A stretch of 64,000 bases of DNA. Source: an uncultured bacterium. Its GTDB lineage: Bacteria > Cyanobacteriota > Vampirovibrionia > Gastranaerophilales > Gastranaerophilaceae. This document shows positions 8,613-20,100 of this stretch, in pieces. A program made the translations under genes and the position numbers. The number at the start of each line of letters is the position of its first letter. Positions within the stretch are counted from its first letter, which is position 1. The notes beneath the pieces are model-generated. The model had not been told where the DNA came from, did no database searches, and saw only the letters and a program-made list of their open reading frames with translations. The stretch spans positions 25,648-89,647 of the forward strand of contig CAMEFF010000002.1 in assembly GCA_945915465.1 (NCBI GenBank), in the 5' to 3' direction.

Positions 8613-9809
8613 ATGAAAATAAATTTAACAAAAAAACAATGGGGAATTGTTATATCATTAATAATTATTTTGCCGATTCTTTATCATAAGGTGTCGGGGA
8701 ATATTATGGGTATGATTACAGCAAAATTGATGTCTATGCCGCAAGAGGTGGTTATTGACAATCCACAAATTGTAGAAACAAACATTACCGCAGAATCAAC
8801 AGGACGTGTTGAGGCAAAGTATTCGGTTGATGTTATCGCACGAGTTTCAGGTTTTTTGTTAAAGAAATATTTTAATGAAGGTGATTTTGTACATAAAGGT
8901 CAAACGATTTTCCAAATTGATCCGAGAGAATATCAACTTGAAGTTAATAATGCTCAGGCAACCGTAAATCAATACAGTGCATTATTAAAAAATTCTCAAC
9001 AGGAATTAAACAGAGCAAATGCACTTATCAAAGAGGATTTGGTCAGCCATTCTTATGTTGATGAAAGTTTGGCAACTCGTAATCAGAACAGTGCGTTATT
9101 GGATTCTGCAAGACAACGTCTTGAGCTTGCTCGAGTAAATTTGAGTTATACCACAATAAAATCACCTGTTGAAGGTCGTATCGGTAAGGTTAAAATTACC
9201 GAGGGTAACTATGTTACGGCAACTTCAGGTGCTTTGGTTAATATTTCAAGTTATGACCCTGTTTATGTTTCATTTAGTTTGAGAAGTAATGATTTTGTTA
9301 AACTATTGAAAGCAAGTGACAAATTTAAAGATGCTCAGGTGAAGGTGCAGTTTGATAACGGAACTTGGTACACAAAAGTGGGAACTGTTAATTTTGTAGA
9401 TAACCAAATTGACCAAAATTCGGGTTCCGTTCAGATGAGAGCAGTGTTTGATAATAAAAAGGGGTGGCTTGTTCCGGGAGATTATATGAAGGTTTCTATA
9501 GTTGCTCCTAAAAAGGTGTCTTATTTGACGGTTCCGCAATCTTGCACAAAAGGTGATGCTATGAGCGGGTATTATGTTTGGGCTGTTGACAAGACTAAAA
9601 ATAAACACGACAAAACCTTGACTGTTATCAGAAAAGACATAAAAATTTCGGATGCGATAGACAATAATTGGATTGTAGAAAGCGGTTTGAACAAGTCTGA
9701 TGAAATCGTTGTATCAGGTATTCAACAGGTAAAAGCGGCAGGTCAAAAAGTTACTGCAATTTCGCAAAAAGAGTATGAGAAAAAACAATCAAAATCGGCA
9801 GGTAAATAA
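8613..9809 (+). CDS. RND efflux periplasmic adaptor (MFP, AcrA/MexA type)
   Basis: N-terminal TM anchor. Lipoyl-like motif [31 protein letters not shown], coiled-coil segment and beta-barrel region. Stop overlaps the start of the next gene (ATAATG). Confidence 0.9.
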   Translation: MKINLTKKQWGIVISLIIILPILYHKVSGNIMGMITAKLMSMPQEVVIDNPQIVETNITAESTGRVEAKYSVDVIARVSGFLLKKYFNEGDFVHKGQTIFQIDPREYQLEVNNAQATVNQYSALLKNSQQELNRANALIKEDLVSHSYVDESLATRNQNSALLDSARQRLELARVNLSYTTIKSPVEGRIGKVKITEGNYVTATSGALVNISSYDPVYVSFSLRSNDFVKLLKASDKFKDAQVKVQFDNGTWYTKVGTVNFVDNQIDQNSGSVQMRAVFDNKKGWLVPGDYMKVSIVAPKKVSYLTVPQSCTKGDAMSGYYVWAVDKTKNKHDKTLTVIRKDIKISDAIDNNWIVESGLNKSDEIVVSGIQQVKAAGQKVTAISQKEYEKKQSKSAGK

Positions 9810-12800
9810 TGAAAAATATATTTGATAAAGATAAGTTGTACTTTTTTATTCAAAAGCCGAGATTTGCACTGGTAATATCAATCTGTATCGTTATTGTCGG
9901 TGTCATTTCTTACTTTGGATTGAAACAGGAAAGTTACCCTGATGTAACACCGCCACAGGTGTCGGTTTCAGCATCATATCAAGGTGCAAGTGCTGAAGTT
10001 ATTGAGTCTTCGGTTGCAACTGTTTTGGAAAACAAGTTGAACGGGGTTGAAAATTTAACATATATGACCTCAACTTCTTATGATGGTTCTTATTCTTTGA
10101 CAATGTATTTCAAGGTTGGTTCAGATAAAAACATTAACCTGATGAATGTTCAAAACCGTATTCAACAAGTGCAATCTCAGTTGCCCGAAGATGTGCAAAG
10201 AACGGGTGTTACTGCGGTTAGTAAGTCCTCAGGGTCAGGTGCTTTGATTTTGACCTTGTATCCCGAATACGGCAACTGGTCTCAGTTAGATTTGACAAAC
10301 TACGGTTCTATTTATATTAAAGATGAGTTGAAACGTGTTGAAGGCGTTGCTGATGTTGATGTTCACGGTGCTGGAAATTACTCAATGAGAATTTGGCTAG
10401 ACCCACAGAAAATGGCAGGTTTGAATGTTTCAACAAGTGAACTAAAAACAGCAATCAGCACTCAGAATACACAGGTTACGGCAGGTTCACTCGGTGCTTT
10501 GCCGACAGATGAGGCTCAAGCTCTTCAAATGACATTGAAAACTCGTGGCAGATTGTCCGATGTGAAGGATTTTGAAAATATTATAATTCGTTCAAATATG
10601 GACGGGTCAAATGTTAGGGTTAAAGATGTTGCAAGAGTAGAACTCGGGGCGGAATCTTATTCAAACTTAGGTTTGGTAAACGGAAAGCCGTCAGCCGTAA
10701 TCGTAATTTCTCAACTTCCAGATGCGAATATTATTAACTTGTCAAAAGCCGTTCACGCAAAGATTGATGAGTTAAATTCAAGAATGTCTAACGGTATCAA
10801 GATTATTACAATTAAAGATAATGCAGAATATATTGAAGAATCTATGCATGAGGTTGAATTTACAATCCTGTTGACGGGTATAATCGTTGTATTGATTATT
10901 TTCTTGTTCTTGGGTGATTGGAAGGCTACATTAGTTCCTTGTGCGACAATTCCGGTATCTTTGATTGGTACATTTGCAGTTTTGAAAGCACTTGGAATGT
11001 CAATTAATCTTTTATCTTTGTTTGCTTTGGTTTTGGCAGTCGGTGTTGTAGTTGATGATGCTATTGTTGTTATTGAAAACGTAAAACGACATTTGGATGA
11101 AGGGAAATCTGCGATTATTGCAACCCAATTGACAATGGAAGAGGTTGGAGCCTCTTTGGTGGCAATGGCAATGGTATTGATGGCGGTATTTGTTCCGATT
11201 ATCTTTATGGGCGGTATGACGGGTGTAATGTATAAACAATTTGCCGTATGTATTGCCGTTTCTATTGCAGTTTCAGCAATTTGTGCCTTGACCTTGTCGC
11301 CAGCAATGTGTTCACATTTCTTGGGTAACGATGAAAAAAATGTTGAAAAAATCGGTACTTCAAAAATTTCTATCTGTGAACATTTTAAACATATCGGCGA
11401 AAGAATTTCACGCAAAACTCAGATTGTTGTTGATTGGTTCAACGGATTGTTTAATAAAGTTGAAGATTTTTATATAGAATATGTAACCAAATTTGTAAAT
11501 GATAAAAAACTTGTGTTTATTGTTTATTCTTTGGTTGTTGTTTTGACGGTTGTGTCATACTGCTTTATTTCAAAAGGTTTTATTCCCGATGAAGATCAAG
11601 GCGTTTTGGTATCGCAAATTACCTTGCCTGACGGTGCATCTTTGTCAAGAACGGAAGAGGTTGCAAGACGTTTTGTTGAGCAAGTTAAAGATATTGATGG
11701 TGTCGATGCGGACAAATTGACAATCTTTGGCGGTATGGGGGCAACAAATACTGCTTATGCGATTATTAGTTTGGATAGTTATGCAGACAGAAAAGTCGGA
11801 CCAATTTCGTTTGTAAAACGAAAAATTGAAGGTCGTGCAACTAATTTGTCACATACTGCAATTTTGAGCAAAATAAGACAAGTTGCGGGCGGAATGAAGG
11901 AAGCGTCAATTATCGTATTTTCACCGCCGGCTATTGACGGTATGAGTATGATGGGTGGTTTTGAGTTCCAAATGTTATCTCAAGGCGAATACACCTCTCA
12001 AGAAATGGAAGCGTGGGCAAGTAAACTTATTTCAGCCGCAAATCAAAACAGCACTTTGTCAAACGTTAATACCACTTTCCAAGCAAATGTTCCGCAATAT
12101 ATTGTTGATATTGACTATGCAAAAGCTATGGCTCAAAATGTTGATTTACAGGAACTTTATACGACATTGTCTTCAATGCTCGGTACTTATTATATAAACG
12201 ATTTTAATAAATATGGCAGAGTATTTAAGGTCGAAATTCAGGCTGAAAGTAATTTCAGAAATAAAACTACCGACTTAGAAGGTATTTATGTTAAAAACAG
12301 AAACGGTGTTCAAGTTCCCGTTTTGTCAATAATCAAATTGGAACAAACGGTGGGAACTGCATCAATTTCAAGATATAACCAGTATGAATCTGTACAAATT
12401 CAAGGTCAACAGGCTTCAGGCAAGAGTTCGGGTGAAGCAATGAGTGCAATGGAAAGCGTTGCAAAAAGTGTTTTACCGTCGGATATGACGTTTGATTGGT
12501 CCGGTACTTCCGCTCAAGAACGTGAGGCATCGGGTCAAACGATGATGATTATTTCGTTTGCATTGGTGTTTGTTTACCTGTTCTTGGTTGCGTTGTATGA
12601 AAGTTATACAATTCCTGTTGCGGTATTGTTAATTTCACCAATCGCAGCACTCGGTGCGTTGATATTCCAAATGATGATTAACCAATCTTTTGATATTTAT
12701 TCTCAGGTTGGTATGATTACCTTGATTGGTTTGGCAGCAAAACAGTCCATTTTGATTGTCGAATTTGCGAAAGAAGAACATGAGAAAAACGGTTTGTCTG

Positions 12801-13069
12801 TAAGAGATGCAGCGATTAAGGCGGCTAAATTAAGATTTAGAGCGATTATGATGACCGAGTTGGCGTTTATTATCGGTGTCCTTCCGATGATTTTTGCAAG
12901 CGGTGCTGGTGCAAATTCAAGAATTTCCGTTGGTTCAACCGTATTTGGTGGTATGGTTGCGGCTTGTACTTTAGGGGCAGCCTTAACTCCTGCCTTTTAT
13001 GTAATAGTTCAGGAATTTGTTGATAAGTTCCCTAAAAAAGAAATAACTGAAAAAGATTTGGAGATATAA
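9809..13069 (+). CDS. RND efflux permease (AcrB/MexB family)
   Basis: 1086 aa with a 12-TM layout and two large periplasmic loops. [12 protein letters not shown] motif. Confidence 0.95.
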   Translation: MKNIFDKDKLYFFIQKPRFALVISICIVIVGVISYFGLKQESYPDVTPPQVSVSASYQGASAEVIESSVATVLENKLNGVENLTYMTSTSYDGSYSLTMYFKVGSDKNINLMNVQNRIQQVQSQLPEDVQRTGVTAVSKSSGSGALILTLYPEYGNWSQLDLTNYGSIYIKDELKRVEGVADVDVHGAGNYSMRIWLDPQKMAGLNVSTSELKTAISTQNTQVTAGSLGALPTDEAQALQMTLKTRGRLSDVKDFENIIIRSNMDGSNVRVKDVARVELGAESYSNLGLVNGKPSAVIVISQLPDANIINLSKAVHAKIDELNSRMSNGIKIITIKDNAEYIEESMHEVEFTILLTGIIVVLIIFLFLGDWKATLVPCATIPVSLIGTFAVLKALGMSINLLSLFALVLAVGVVVDDAIVVIENVKRHLDEGKSAIIATQLTMEEVGASLVAMAMVLMAVFVPIIFMGGMTGVMYKQFAVCIAVSIAVSAICALTLSPAMCSHFLGNDEKNVEKIGTSKISICEHFKHIGERISRKTQIVVDWFNGLFNKVEDFYIEYVTKFVNDKKLVFIVYSLVVVLTVVSYCFISKGFIPDEDQGVLVSQITLPDGASLSRTEEVARRFVEQVKDIDGVDADKLTIFGGMGATNTAYAIISLDSYADRKVGPISFVKRKIEGRATNLSHTAILSKIRQVAGGMKEASIIVFSPPAIDGMSMMGGFEFQMLSQGEYTSQEMEAWASKLISAANQNSTLSNVNTTFQANVPQYIVDIDYAKAMAQNVDLQELYTTLSSMLGTYYINDFNKYGRVFKVEIQAESNFRNKTTDLEGIYVKNRNGVQVPVLSIIKLEQTVGTASISRYNQYESVQIQGQQASGKSSGEAMSAMESVAKSVLPSDMTFDWSGTSAQEREASGQTMMIISFALVFVYLFLVALYESYTIPVAVLLISPIAALGALIFQMMINQSFDIYSQVGMITLIGLAAKQSILIVEFAKEEHEKNGLSVRDAAIKAAKLRFRAIMMTELAFIIGVLPMIFASGAGANSRISVGSTVFGGMVAACTLGAALTPAFYVIVQEFVDKFPKKEITEKDLEI

Positions 13070-13073
13070 AATA

Positions 13074-14588
13074 ATGAAAAGATTTTTGAATATATTGTTA
13101 TTGGCTTCGGTTTTGGGTATGAGCGTTAATTGCGTTTTTGCCAAAAAGTCTGTTAATAGCGACCTGATAGCAAAAAAAGAAAAGGAAATTCAGATAGTTG
13201 AACCTGACAAAACAAAGGTGAATGAGAAAAAAGAAATTAAAAAACTCAATTCTAACCAAAAATCAAGATTAAAATCTTCCAAAGAAGCGGAAGGTATGTA
13301 TCATACAAAATTCCCTGCAATAAACAGCGGAATAAGTTATGAAGATATGGGTAAAGAAGTCGGATTGGTTGATTGTATAAAATTGGCGATTTCTCACCAC
13401 CCTGCAATTATGTCAGCTATCAGCACGTCTGAAATTTACAAATCAAAAATCGGGCAGGCATGGTCAAATTATTTTCCTACATTTAGTGCAGGTGTAAGTT
13501 ATTCAAGAAACGATATGTTAATGACTATGGGCAGCGGTATGGCAAGGTTTATGACCCAAAAGTACGATATGTATTATGTTCCGACCCTATCTGCCAATAT
13601 GTTGTTGTTTGATTTCGGTAAAACAAAATCAATGGCAGATGCGGCAAAGAAAACTTATGAATCTTCAAGATTTGATGCCGAAACCAGTATCGAAACCGTA
13701 ATTTATAATGTAAAAGTTGCATATTACAATATGGTTTTTGCTAAACATCAAAAAGAAGTTTACGAAAACACAGTGCAGGATTACGAACTTCAACTCAAAC
13801 AGGCAAGGGCATATTATGACATCGGTAAAAAGGCAAAAATTGATGTTACTTACGCCGAGTATAACTTAGGAAAAGCAAAATTGAACCTAATCAAAGCAAA
13901 GAATACTCTTGAATTGGCTTCGGTTGAACTTGCTAATGCCGTTGGTATTCCTGAACTTGCTGACGTTATTTTAAAAGATGAATTAAATACGAAAGAATAT
14001 GATGTTAATTTTGAAAATTTAATAGAAATTGCCGTAGCCTCTCGTCCGTCCTTGCTTGCCGCAAAGAAAAGAATGGATGCTGCCGAGATGAATGTACGTT
14101 CTGCCAAAAGAGCATTCACTCCTAATATTGATGCCTTTGGAAATTACCAACACGGCGGAAGAAAAATGAGTTCCGATAACGGGTATCAATTCGGGTTAGA
14201 ATTGCAATATTCAAATATCAATTTAATGTATTTGAAAAAACAGGTTGACGAATACACAGCAACTTACAGAAAATATGTTGCAGATTATGAACAGGAACGT
14301 CAAAATGTGTATTTGGAAGTTAAAAGTGCCTATATCAATTTGATGAATTCCCGAGATAGTATTGATGTTTCAAAACTTGCGTTGCAACAGGCTAAAGAAC
14401 AACAATATCAAGCCTTCCGCAGATATCAGGTAGGCTTAGGAGATGCGATTGAGTTCAAAGATTCCGAAAATACTTACTTGAATGCTCAATTAGATTACTA
14501 TTCAACTTTGTTGCAGTATAATATAAATGCGGCGGAGGTCGAAAGAGTAATCGGTGCTCCGATTAGAGAATCAGACAAAGATTTGTAG
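13074..14588 (+). CDS. TolC-family outer membrane efflux factor
   Basis: Signal peptide. Duplicated OEP-type helical repeats (e.g. AKLNLIKAKNTLELASVELANAVG, LDYYSTLLQYNINAAEVERVIG). Third position in the RND operon. Confidence 0.85.
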   Translation: MKRFLNILLLASVLGMSVNCVFAKKSVNSDLIAKKEKEIQIVEPDKTKVNEKKEIKKLNSNQKSRLKSSKEAEGMYHTKFPAINSGISYEDMGKEVGLVDCIKLAISHHPAIMSAISTSEIYKSKIGQAWSNYFPTFSAGVSYSRNDMLMTMGSGMARFMTQKYDMYYVPTLSANMLLFDFGKTKSMADAAKKTYESSRFDAETSIETVIYNVKVAYYNMVFAKHQKEVYENTVQDYELQLKQARAYYDIGKKAKIDVTYAEYNLGKAKLNLIKAKNTLELASVELANAVGIPELADVILKDELNTKEYDVNFENLIEIAVASRPSLLAAKKRMDAAEMNVRSAKRAFTPNIDAFGNYQHGGRKMSSDNGYQFGLELQYSNINLMYLKKQVDEYTATYRKYVADYEQERQNVYLEVKSAYINLMNSRDSIDVSKLALQQAKEQQYQAFRRYQVGLGDAIEFKDSENTYLNAQLDYYSTLLQYNINAAEVERVIGAPIRESDKDL

Positions 14589-14597
14589 GAAATAGCG

Positions 14598-15020
14598 GTG
14601 GAAGAAGAGCAAAATAAAATTTTAACACTTTGGTATAAATTGCCGTCCCCGATAAGATTTATTTTTGTTGGTGGTGTTAATGCTGCGGTTTCTTATGTCA
14701 TTTTTGCGATTTGTTTGTATTTGTTGGGCAAAAGTTACTACCAGCTTTGCGTAATTTTGCAGTGGGTTTTGTCTTCTTTTCCTTCTTATCTGAATCAAAA
14801 GTTTTTTGTGTTTAAAACTAAGGGAAATTATGTCAAAGAGTATTTGAAATGTTGTTCGACTTGGGTGGTCGGATATTTTTTGAATGCGTTGTTTTTACAG
14901 GCTTTTGTCGAGTTCGGGTGGATAAAAAATGTATATTTGGCTCAGTTTATTTCAATAGGTTTGGTGTCTGCCGTAACTTATGTTTTGTTCAAGTTTTTTG
15001 CATTCAAAAAGAAAAAATAA
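14598..15020 (+). CDS. GtrA-family membrane protein
   Basis: GTG start with AGGA 6 nt upstream. 140 aa, 4 TM. RFIFVGGVNAAVSYVIF ... NQKFFVFK pattern typical of the GtrA family. Confidence 0.7.
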   Translation: MEEEQNKILTLWYKLPSPIRFIFVGGVNAAVSYVIFAICLYLLGKSYYQLCVILQWVLSSFPSYLNQKFFVFKTKGNYVKEYLKCCSTWVVGYFLNALFLQAFVEFGWIKNVYLAQFISIGLVSAVTYVLFKFFAFKKKK

Positions 15021-15309
15021 TCTGTTCATATTAGATTTTAATTTTTATATTCTATAAAAGGTTGATTTAATTTTGTTAAAAATTTGAAATAATATAATTG
15101 TCAACATTTTAATAAGGATATTTAGCCGTGAATTTACATGAAAAGTGTTTACTTCGTTATTTGACACACCCTGATGAGTTGTCTTACACTACGGAAATTT
15201 TGAAACTTACAAACAAAATTTTGGAACAACGTTTTGTTGTAAAAAATATCCTTGCGAATGTTTCTTTGTTAAATTATACTGAAAACGTAGATTAGCAAAG
15301 GTTGGAAAA

Positions 15310-17022
15310 ATGCTGAAAAAGGTTTTATACATAGTTTGGGCAGCTGTATTTTTAGTTCTGTTATTTTTCGGAATTAAAAATGGCGGTGTCTTTTCGTTTT
15401 TGAATACTATTGAAGACAGAACCTTCGATATAAGACAGAGTATTCTTGCAAATTCAGGGTTGAGAAAACACGATAGTAATATTGTAATTGTTGCTGTTGA
15501 TGATGCAAGTTATGAATATATTCTTGATAATTACGGAGAATGGCCTTTACCTCGTGATGTTTATGCCAAAATGGTGGATTATATAGAGGCTCAAAATCCG
15601 CAAAGTGTTGCTTTTGATATGATGTTTGTAAAATCCCTGAAAAGCGGTGAAAAAGCGGATAAAGCCTTAATAAATGCCTTCAAAAAGTATGATAACCTTT
15701 ATACTGCAATGAATTTGGATAATCAGCCCGAAGATTTGAGAAAACCTCCGTTGTTGCCTGAAACACTGCAAATAAAACCTTTGCAAAACGCAACTGATGC
15801 TATTGAATATTCAAACTGTCGTGTAATTTTACAGGGTATTTTAGATGTAACGTCAAATATAGGGATGATAAATGTTTCACGTTCCGATGACGGCGTTTTG
15901 AGAAAAATGCCTTTATATTTGAAATATAACGGCAAATATTATCCGCAACTCGGGTATTTGGTCGGTCAAAGAACGGGCAAAATACAGAAACTTTACCCTG
16001 ACAGTGATGCAAGTGTAATCCTCAACTGGTACGGCGGAGCGGGAACTTTTGAAAATTTGCCGATGTATAAATTGATAAAGGCTGCCGAGGGTAAAGAAAA
16101 ATTTGATTATAATTTTCATAATAAAATTGTTTATTTTGGAGCAACGGCTGCAAGCTTGTTTGATATCAAAACTGTTCCGGTTGATAAAGTTTATCCCGGG
16201 GTTGAGGTTCAGGCAACTTATGTAAATAATATTATTGATAACAGTTTCATTCGCAAATGTCCGGAATATGTGAATTATCTTGCCACTTTTTTGTTGGCAT
16301 TGCTCACTGTCGTATGTGTTTTGAGAATTTCCTCAATGCCTATGGCATTTGGAGCCTCATTAACAATATATGTCTGTTATGTAATGTTTGCGTATGAATT
16401 GATGACGGGTAATTTTGGTAAATTTTGGTGGATAAAAATCGTTTCACCGTTGTCTTTCGCCTTGTTGACTTTTATTATTGCGGTTATTATAAAATATTTA
16501 ATCAAATCAAGAGATTTCGACCAGCAGTATAAATTGGCAACTACGGACGGTTTGACGGAATTATACAATCACAGATATTTCCAAGAACAGTTACTCAATC
16601 AGATAAATCATTCAAAACGTTACGGGAATCCGGTTTCCTTGATAATTATTGATATTGACTTTTTCAAAAAGTTCAATGATACTTACGGGCACCAATCGGG
16701 AGATGCTGTGTTAAGACAAGTTGCCTTCACATTAAAGAAAAATGTCAGAGCGACCGATATAGTTTGTAGATACGGCGGTGAGGAAATGAGTATTATTCTT
16801 CCGAATACAAAGTATGAGGAAGCAGTTAATATTGCACAAAAACTTTGTCAAATGGTGGCATCAAGAAAATTCAAGCTAACTCATTCAAGAGAAAGCAATG
16901 TTACCATAAGTTTGGGCGTTTCTTCAATCGAAAGTGACGGCGAAACTCCCGCTCAAATTATTGATTCTGCGGATAAAAGATTGTATAATGCAAAAGAAAA
17001 CGGCAGAAACAGAGTAAATTAG
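15310..17022 (+). CDS. CHASE2 sensor - GGDEF diguanylate cyclase
   Basis: TM, then a CHASE2-like periplasmic region (IVIVAVDDASYEYI..YGEWPLPRDVYAKMV), three TM helices, then the GGDEF domain. RATD I-site lies 5 aa before GGEEM. Confidence 0.85.
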   Translation: MLKKVLYIVWAAVFLVLLFFGIKNGGVFSFLNTIEDRTFDIRQSILANSGLRKHDSNIVIVAVDDASYEYILDNYGEWPLPRDVYAKMVDYIEAQNPQSVAFDMMFVKSLKSGEKADKALINAFKKYDNLYTAMNLDNQPEDLRKPPLLPETLQIKPLQNATDAIEYSNCRVILQGILDVTSNIGMINVSRSDDGVLRKMPLYLKYNGKYYPQLGYLVGQRTGKIQKLYPDSDASVILNWYGGAGTFENLPMYKLIKAAEGKEKFDYNFHNKIVYFGATAASLFDIKTVPVDKVYPGVEVQATYVNNIIDNSFIRKCPEYVNYLATFLLALLTVVCVLRISSMPMAFGASLTIYVCYVMFAYELMTGNFGKFWWIKIVSPLSFALLTFIIAVIIKYLIKSRDFDQQYKLATTDGLTELYNHRYFQEQLLNQINHSKRYGNPVSLIIIDIDFFKKFNDTYGHQSGDAVLRQVAFTLKKNVRATDIVCRYGGEEMSIILPNTKYEEAVNIAQKLCQMVASRKFKLTHSRESNVTISLGVSSIESDGETPAQIIDSADKRLYNAKENGRNRVN

Positions 17023-17027
17023 ACAAA

Positions 17028-19442
17028 ATGAACGAAGAATTTTTAGATTCACTGATAAATATTAAAGATATTCCGAAAGAACATCCCGTAGTTCTGTCAC
17101 TTCTGGAAAATAACGAGAAGCAAATAGCACAACTCGGGCAATTTCTGATGAGCGATAAAAAAATGGCTCTTGTCAGCGGTTTTGTCGGTAGCGGAAAATC
17201 GGAAGTCGTTGACTTTGTGTTGCGAAATTTAAAAGATGATGTTTTAATTCTTCATTATACCTGTTTTGAAACTACGATTTTGGATGATTTGTTGTTGTGT
17301 TTTTATGAATTGTTCCGCTCGTTTGTTTTGAGGGGAATTGTTCAACAACCGAAGGTGAAAGCCGAAAATTTCACTCAGATGATTAATTCTTATTTTACAT
17401 CAGTCGTAAATCCGATAACTATTGTTATTGATTCTTTTGAGGCAGTTGTAAAGGATAATCGTGGCGGTATTATAGATTTTCTCAATCATTTGGCAACTTT
17501 TCCCAGAGTGAAAATTATTCTTATTTCTACAAAATTTCAGGAAGAAGATTTTACGGAAGATGACTGCGAAAAGGTTTCTGTGTTGGCTCTTTCTCAAAAA
17601 ATGTTTGAAAAATATTTGAAAGACAACGGGATAAAAAATATCGGTGTTTTTTCAAATGAATTATATAAAATTTCAAAAGGCTATTTCAAGAATGTTGAAC
17701 TTGCTGCCAAAGTCATAAATTTACGAGGGCTGTCGTTAATAACTTTTCTTGAAAAATATACCAAAAGTTACATGTCGTATTCTGAATTTATTATAAGAGA
17801 AATGCTTTCTCTTGTTGACCCTGTGAGTGCTCATCTGTTCAGACTTTTGACGGTTATGAGAATACCTATTCACATGAATTTACTAAAAACTTTACATTTG
17901 TACGATGAGAATAAAATCTTGTATTTTATCCAAAATTCTTTGTTGAATTATGAAGGGAATTGCATTTATTTGAAGGAAGCCTTCCGTAATGTTATTGAAA
18001 ATCAAATTCCCGATAATGTCTTGATTAAACTTCATTCGGCGTGTATTGATTTGTATAATACTCAACTTCCGCTAAAACCGAGCGAAAGAGATTTGTTGTT
18101 ATCTCGTCAAACAATGCGTAATGAAATCGAATATCACAGTATGTTTTTGCCCAAACGTCCTCTTCTTCAACAAAAAACTGAAAAGGTTGAACATCAGGTT
18201 GAAAAAACTCAAAATCAGAAAGCACCAACACCGTTGCCTTTACCGGTTAAAAAAGAACCTGAAAAAATTGAAACAAAGAAAGATAAAATTGATAAAATCA
18301 GCTTTATTATTGAAGATGAGGCGGTGCTTGATGATATTGCGGATTCGATAAATTCCTTTATGGAGTCAAACGCAAAATCCGCAAAAGTTGAAAAAGAAGG
18401 CAATTCAATGACATTGCAACAGTTGTTGAATGCTGCAAAAATTGAAGAGAAAAATTACAATTACAAACAGGTTGTAATGCTTTATCAGATTGCATTGTCA
18501 AAGACGTCTGATGCGAATTTCTTTACCTTCTTGCCGTCAATTTATATAAAACTTGCTCAAGCGTATGAACATTTGTCGGATTTATACAATGCGTTGGATT
18601 ATTATACTCAGGCTCACGATTTTTATTATAATGCGTCCGATTATGAAAAAGTTTATGAGATGAAATTGGCGATTGCCGATGTTTATTATTCAATGTATAA
18701 ATATGATAATGCTAAGTTTATTTTGTCAGAATTGGAGCAGGTCAAGGATTTGCCAAAACTTTTGAAGATTAAAACAAACCTTGCAATAGCAAGACTTAGC
18801 GATAATCCTGAAATTGAATATAAGTATTACAAACAGTCAATCCCGCTTGTTGAATTGGGAACGGATAAGGCTTTGCTATCGGAACTTTATTATAAATATG
18901 CTGTTTCTTGTTCTGAAGTCGAAGATTTACGCTCGGCGGCTCAATTCTATTTGAAATGTATTGATATAGATTCAAATCCGGCAAAAAATCAGTATTTATC
19001 AATGGCTTTGTCTAATCTTGCGGAATTGTATGATGAATTAGGTTCGACAAAACAGGCAATTCAGTATTATAATGAAAGTATTTCAATAGACCAAAAAACT
19101 AAGAATTATAATGGGCTGTATGTTTCGGCTTCGCATCTTGCAGAAATTTATGCGGTAAGTGATGAAGCGAAAACTATGGAATACTATAACAAGGCATTAG
19201 AGTATGCAAAACAATTAAATGAACCGTTTTATATTGTTAGTACAAAATTGGAAATGGCGGATTTTTGTTCGTTGAGGCGAAATTTTGAAATGACGTACAA
19301 ATACTTGATTGAGGCATATAAATTGGCTCAAAATACCTTAACGAAAGAAAATTTTACAAAAATTACCTCAAGGCTTGAGGATTTGAAAAAACGAATAACA
19401 AGTACGGATTTAATGAGATATCAGGCGAAATATGGAAAATAA
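17028..19442 (+). CDS. P-loop NTPase (STAND/AAA_16-like) with C-terminal TPR array
   Basis: Walker A GFVGSGKSEV, Walker B ITIVIDSFEAV, K/E/P-rich linker, then multiple TPR-like repeats (YNALDYYTQAHDFYY, AIQYYNESISID and others). Confidence 0.7.
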   Translation: MNEEFLDSLINIKDIPKEHPVVLSLLENNEKQIAQLGQFLMSDKKMALVSGFVGSGKSEVVDFVLRNLKDDVLILHYTCFETTILDDLLLCFYELFRSFVLRGIVQQPKVKAENFTQMINSYFTSVVNPITIVIDSFEAVVKDNRGGIIDFLNHLATFPRVKIILISTKFQEEDFTEDDCEKVSVLALSQKMFEKYLKDNGIKNIGVFSNELYKISKGYFKNVELAAKVINLRGLSLITFLEKYTKSYMSYSEFIIREMLSLVDPVSAHLFRLLTVMRIPIHMNLLKTLHLYDENKILYFIQNSLLNYEGNCIYLKEAFRNVIENQIPDNVLIKLHSACIDLYNTQLPLKPSERDLLLSRQTMRNEIEYHSMFLPKRPLLQQKTEKVEHQVEKTQNQKAPTPLPLPVKKEPEKIETKKDKIDKISFIIEDEAVLDDIADSINSFMESNAKSAKVEKEGNSMTLQQLLNAAKIEEKNYNYKQVVMLYQIALSKTSDANFFTFLPSIYIKLAQAYEHLSDLYNALDYYTQAHDFYYNASDYEKVYEMKLAIADVYYSMYKYDNAKFILSELEQVKDLPKLLKIKTNLAIARLSDNPEIEYKYYKQSIPLVELGTDKALLSELYYKYAVSCSEVEDLRSAAQFYLKCIDIDSNPAKNQYLSMALSNLAELYDELGSTKQAIQYYNESISIDQKTKNYNGLYVSASHLAEIYAVSDEAKTMEYYNKALEYAKQLNEPFYIVSTKLEMADFCSLRRNFEMTYKYLIEAYKLAQNTLTKENFTKITSRLEDLKKRITSTDLMRYQAKYGK

Positions 19443-20025
19443 AGAATTTTATAAAGAATATATGGAATGTTTTTTGGAAGAAAATTCCAAAGTTAATTTA
19501 ATATCGAAAAATGATGAAAAGTTTTTGTGGGAGAAACACGTTTTTGATTCTCTTGCGATTGAGAAATTTTTTTATAAATATTCACCAAAGAGTGCAACTT
19601 TGTTGGATTTTGGTACAGGTGGCGGATTTCCGTCAGTTCCGATTGCATTAACTTATCCCAAAATACAAGTTACAGCACTTGATAGTATTGCTAAAAAAAT
19701 CAGAGCAATTGAGAGTATTAAAGACAAATTACAGATAAAAAATCTTACACCTGTCTGCGATAGAGTTGAAAATACGGACGGAAAGTTTGATATTGTGACT
19801 TCTCGGGCTGTGTCTTCGCTTGATAAAATTTGTGCTTATGCCTTGCCAAAACTCAAGAAAAACGGGTATTTTGTCGCTTATAAATCCAGAAAAAGTGAAG
19901 AAGAAATCGAAAATGCTAAGAATGTTTTGAAAAAATTTAAAGCAGAAGTCGTTGATGTTATTGAATATGAACTTCCGCTTGATGAAAAAATTGACAGAAA
20001 TCTTATTATTATAAAATTCAAATAG
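19432..20025 (+). CDS. rsmG: 16S rRNA (guanine527-N7)-methyltransferase
   Basis: NLISKNDEKFLWEKHVFDSL and SAM-binding LDFGTGGGFPSVPIAL motifs. Overlaps the upstream gene by 11 nt. Confidence 0.9.
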   Translation: MENKEFYKEYMECFLEENSKVNLISKNDEKFLWEKHVFDSLAIEKFFYKYSPKSATLLDFGTGGGFPSVPIALTYPKIQVTALDSIAKKIRAIESIKDKLQIKNLTPVCDRVENTDGKFDIVTSRAVSSLDKICAYALPKLKKNGYFVAYKSRKSEEEIENAKNVLKKFKAEVVDVIEYELPLDEKIDRNLIIIKFK

Positions 20026-20100
20026 AATTGTTACATTTTGCGTATGCTTGTTGAAAACTTCCTTTGTGCGGTGTAGTATTGGACAAAAGGGGTTTATGTG

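Noticed and set aside
10753-11415. 220-aa antisense ORF inside the RND permease gene. Similar shadow ORFs include 4573-4935, 7852-8253, 19729-20133, 26972-27286, 28680-29012, 34042-34314, 38202-38441, 46241-46582, 54600-54857 and 61783-62043.
   Set aside because: Each lies entirely within, and antisense or out of frame to, a long ORF with clear family motifs. They are low-complexity or hydrophobic shadow ORFs, as expected in AT-rich DNA, with no independent RBS support.
15171-15197. CTGATGAG...GAAA string resembling a hammerhead ribozyme core
   Set aside because: The intervening sequence cannot form a stem II, and there are no flanking stems I and III. The match is coincidental.
15128-15295. 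55-codon GTG-initiated ORF in the 289-bp region upstream of the CHASE2-GGDEF gene
   Set aside because: It has only a weak AGGA-like RBS, a GTG start and no recognisable motif. I cannot distinguish it from chance in AT-rich DNA, so it is left unannotated.
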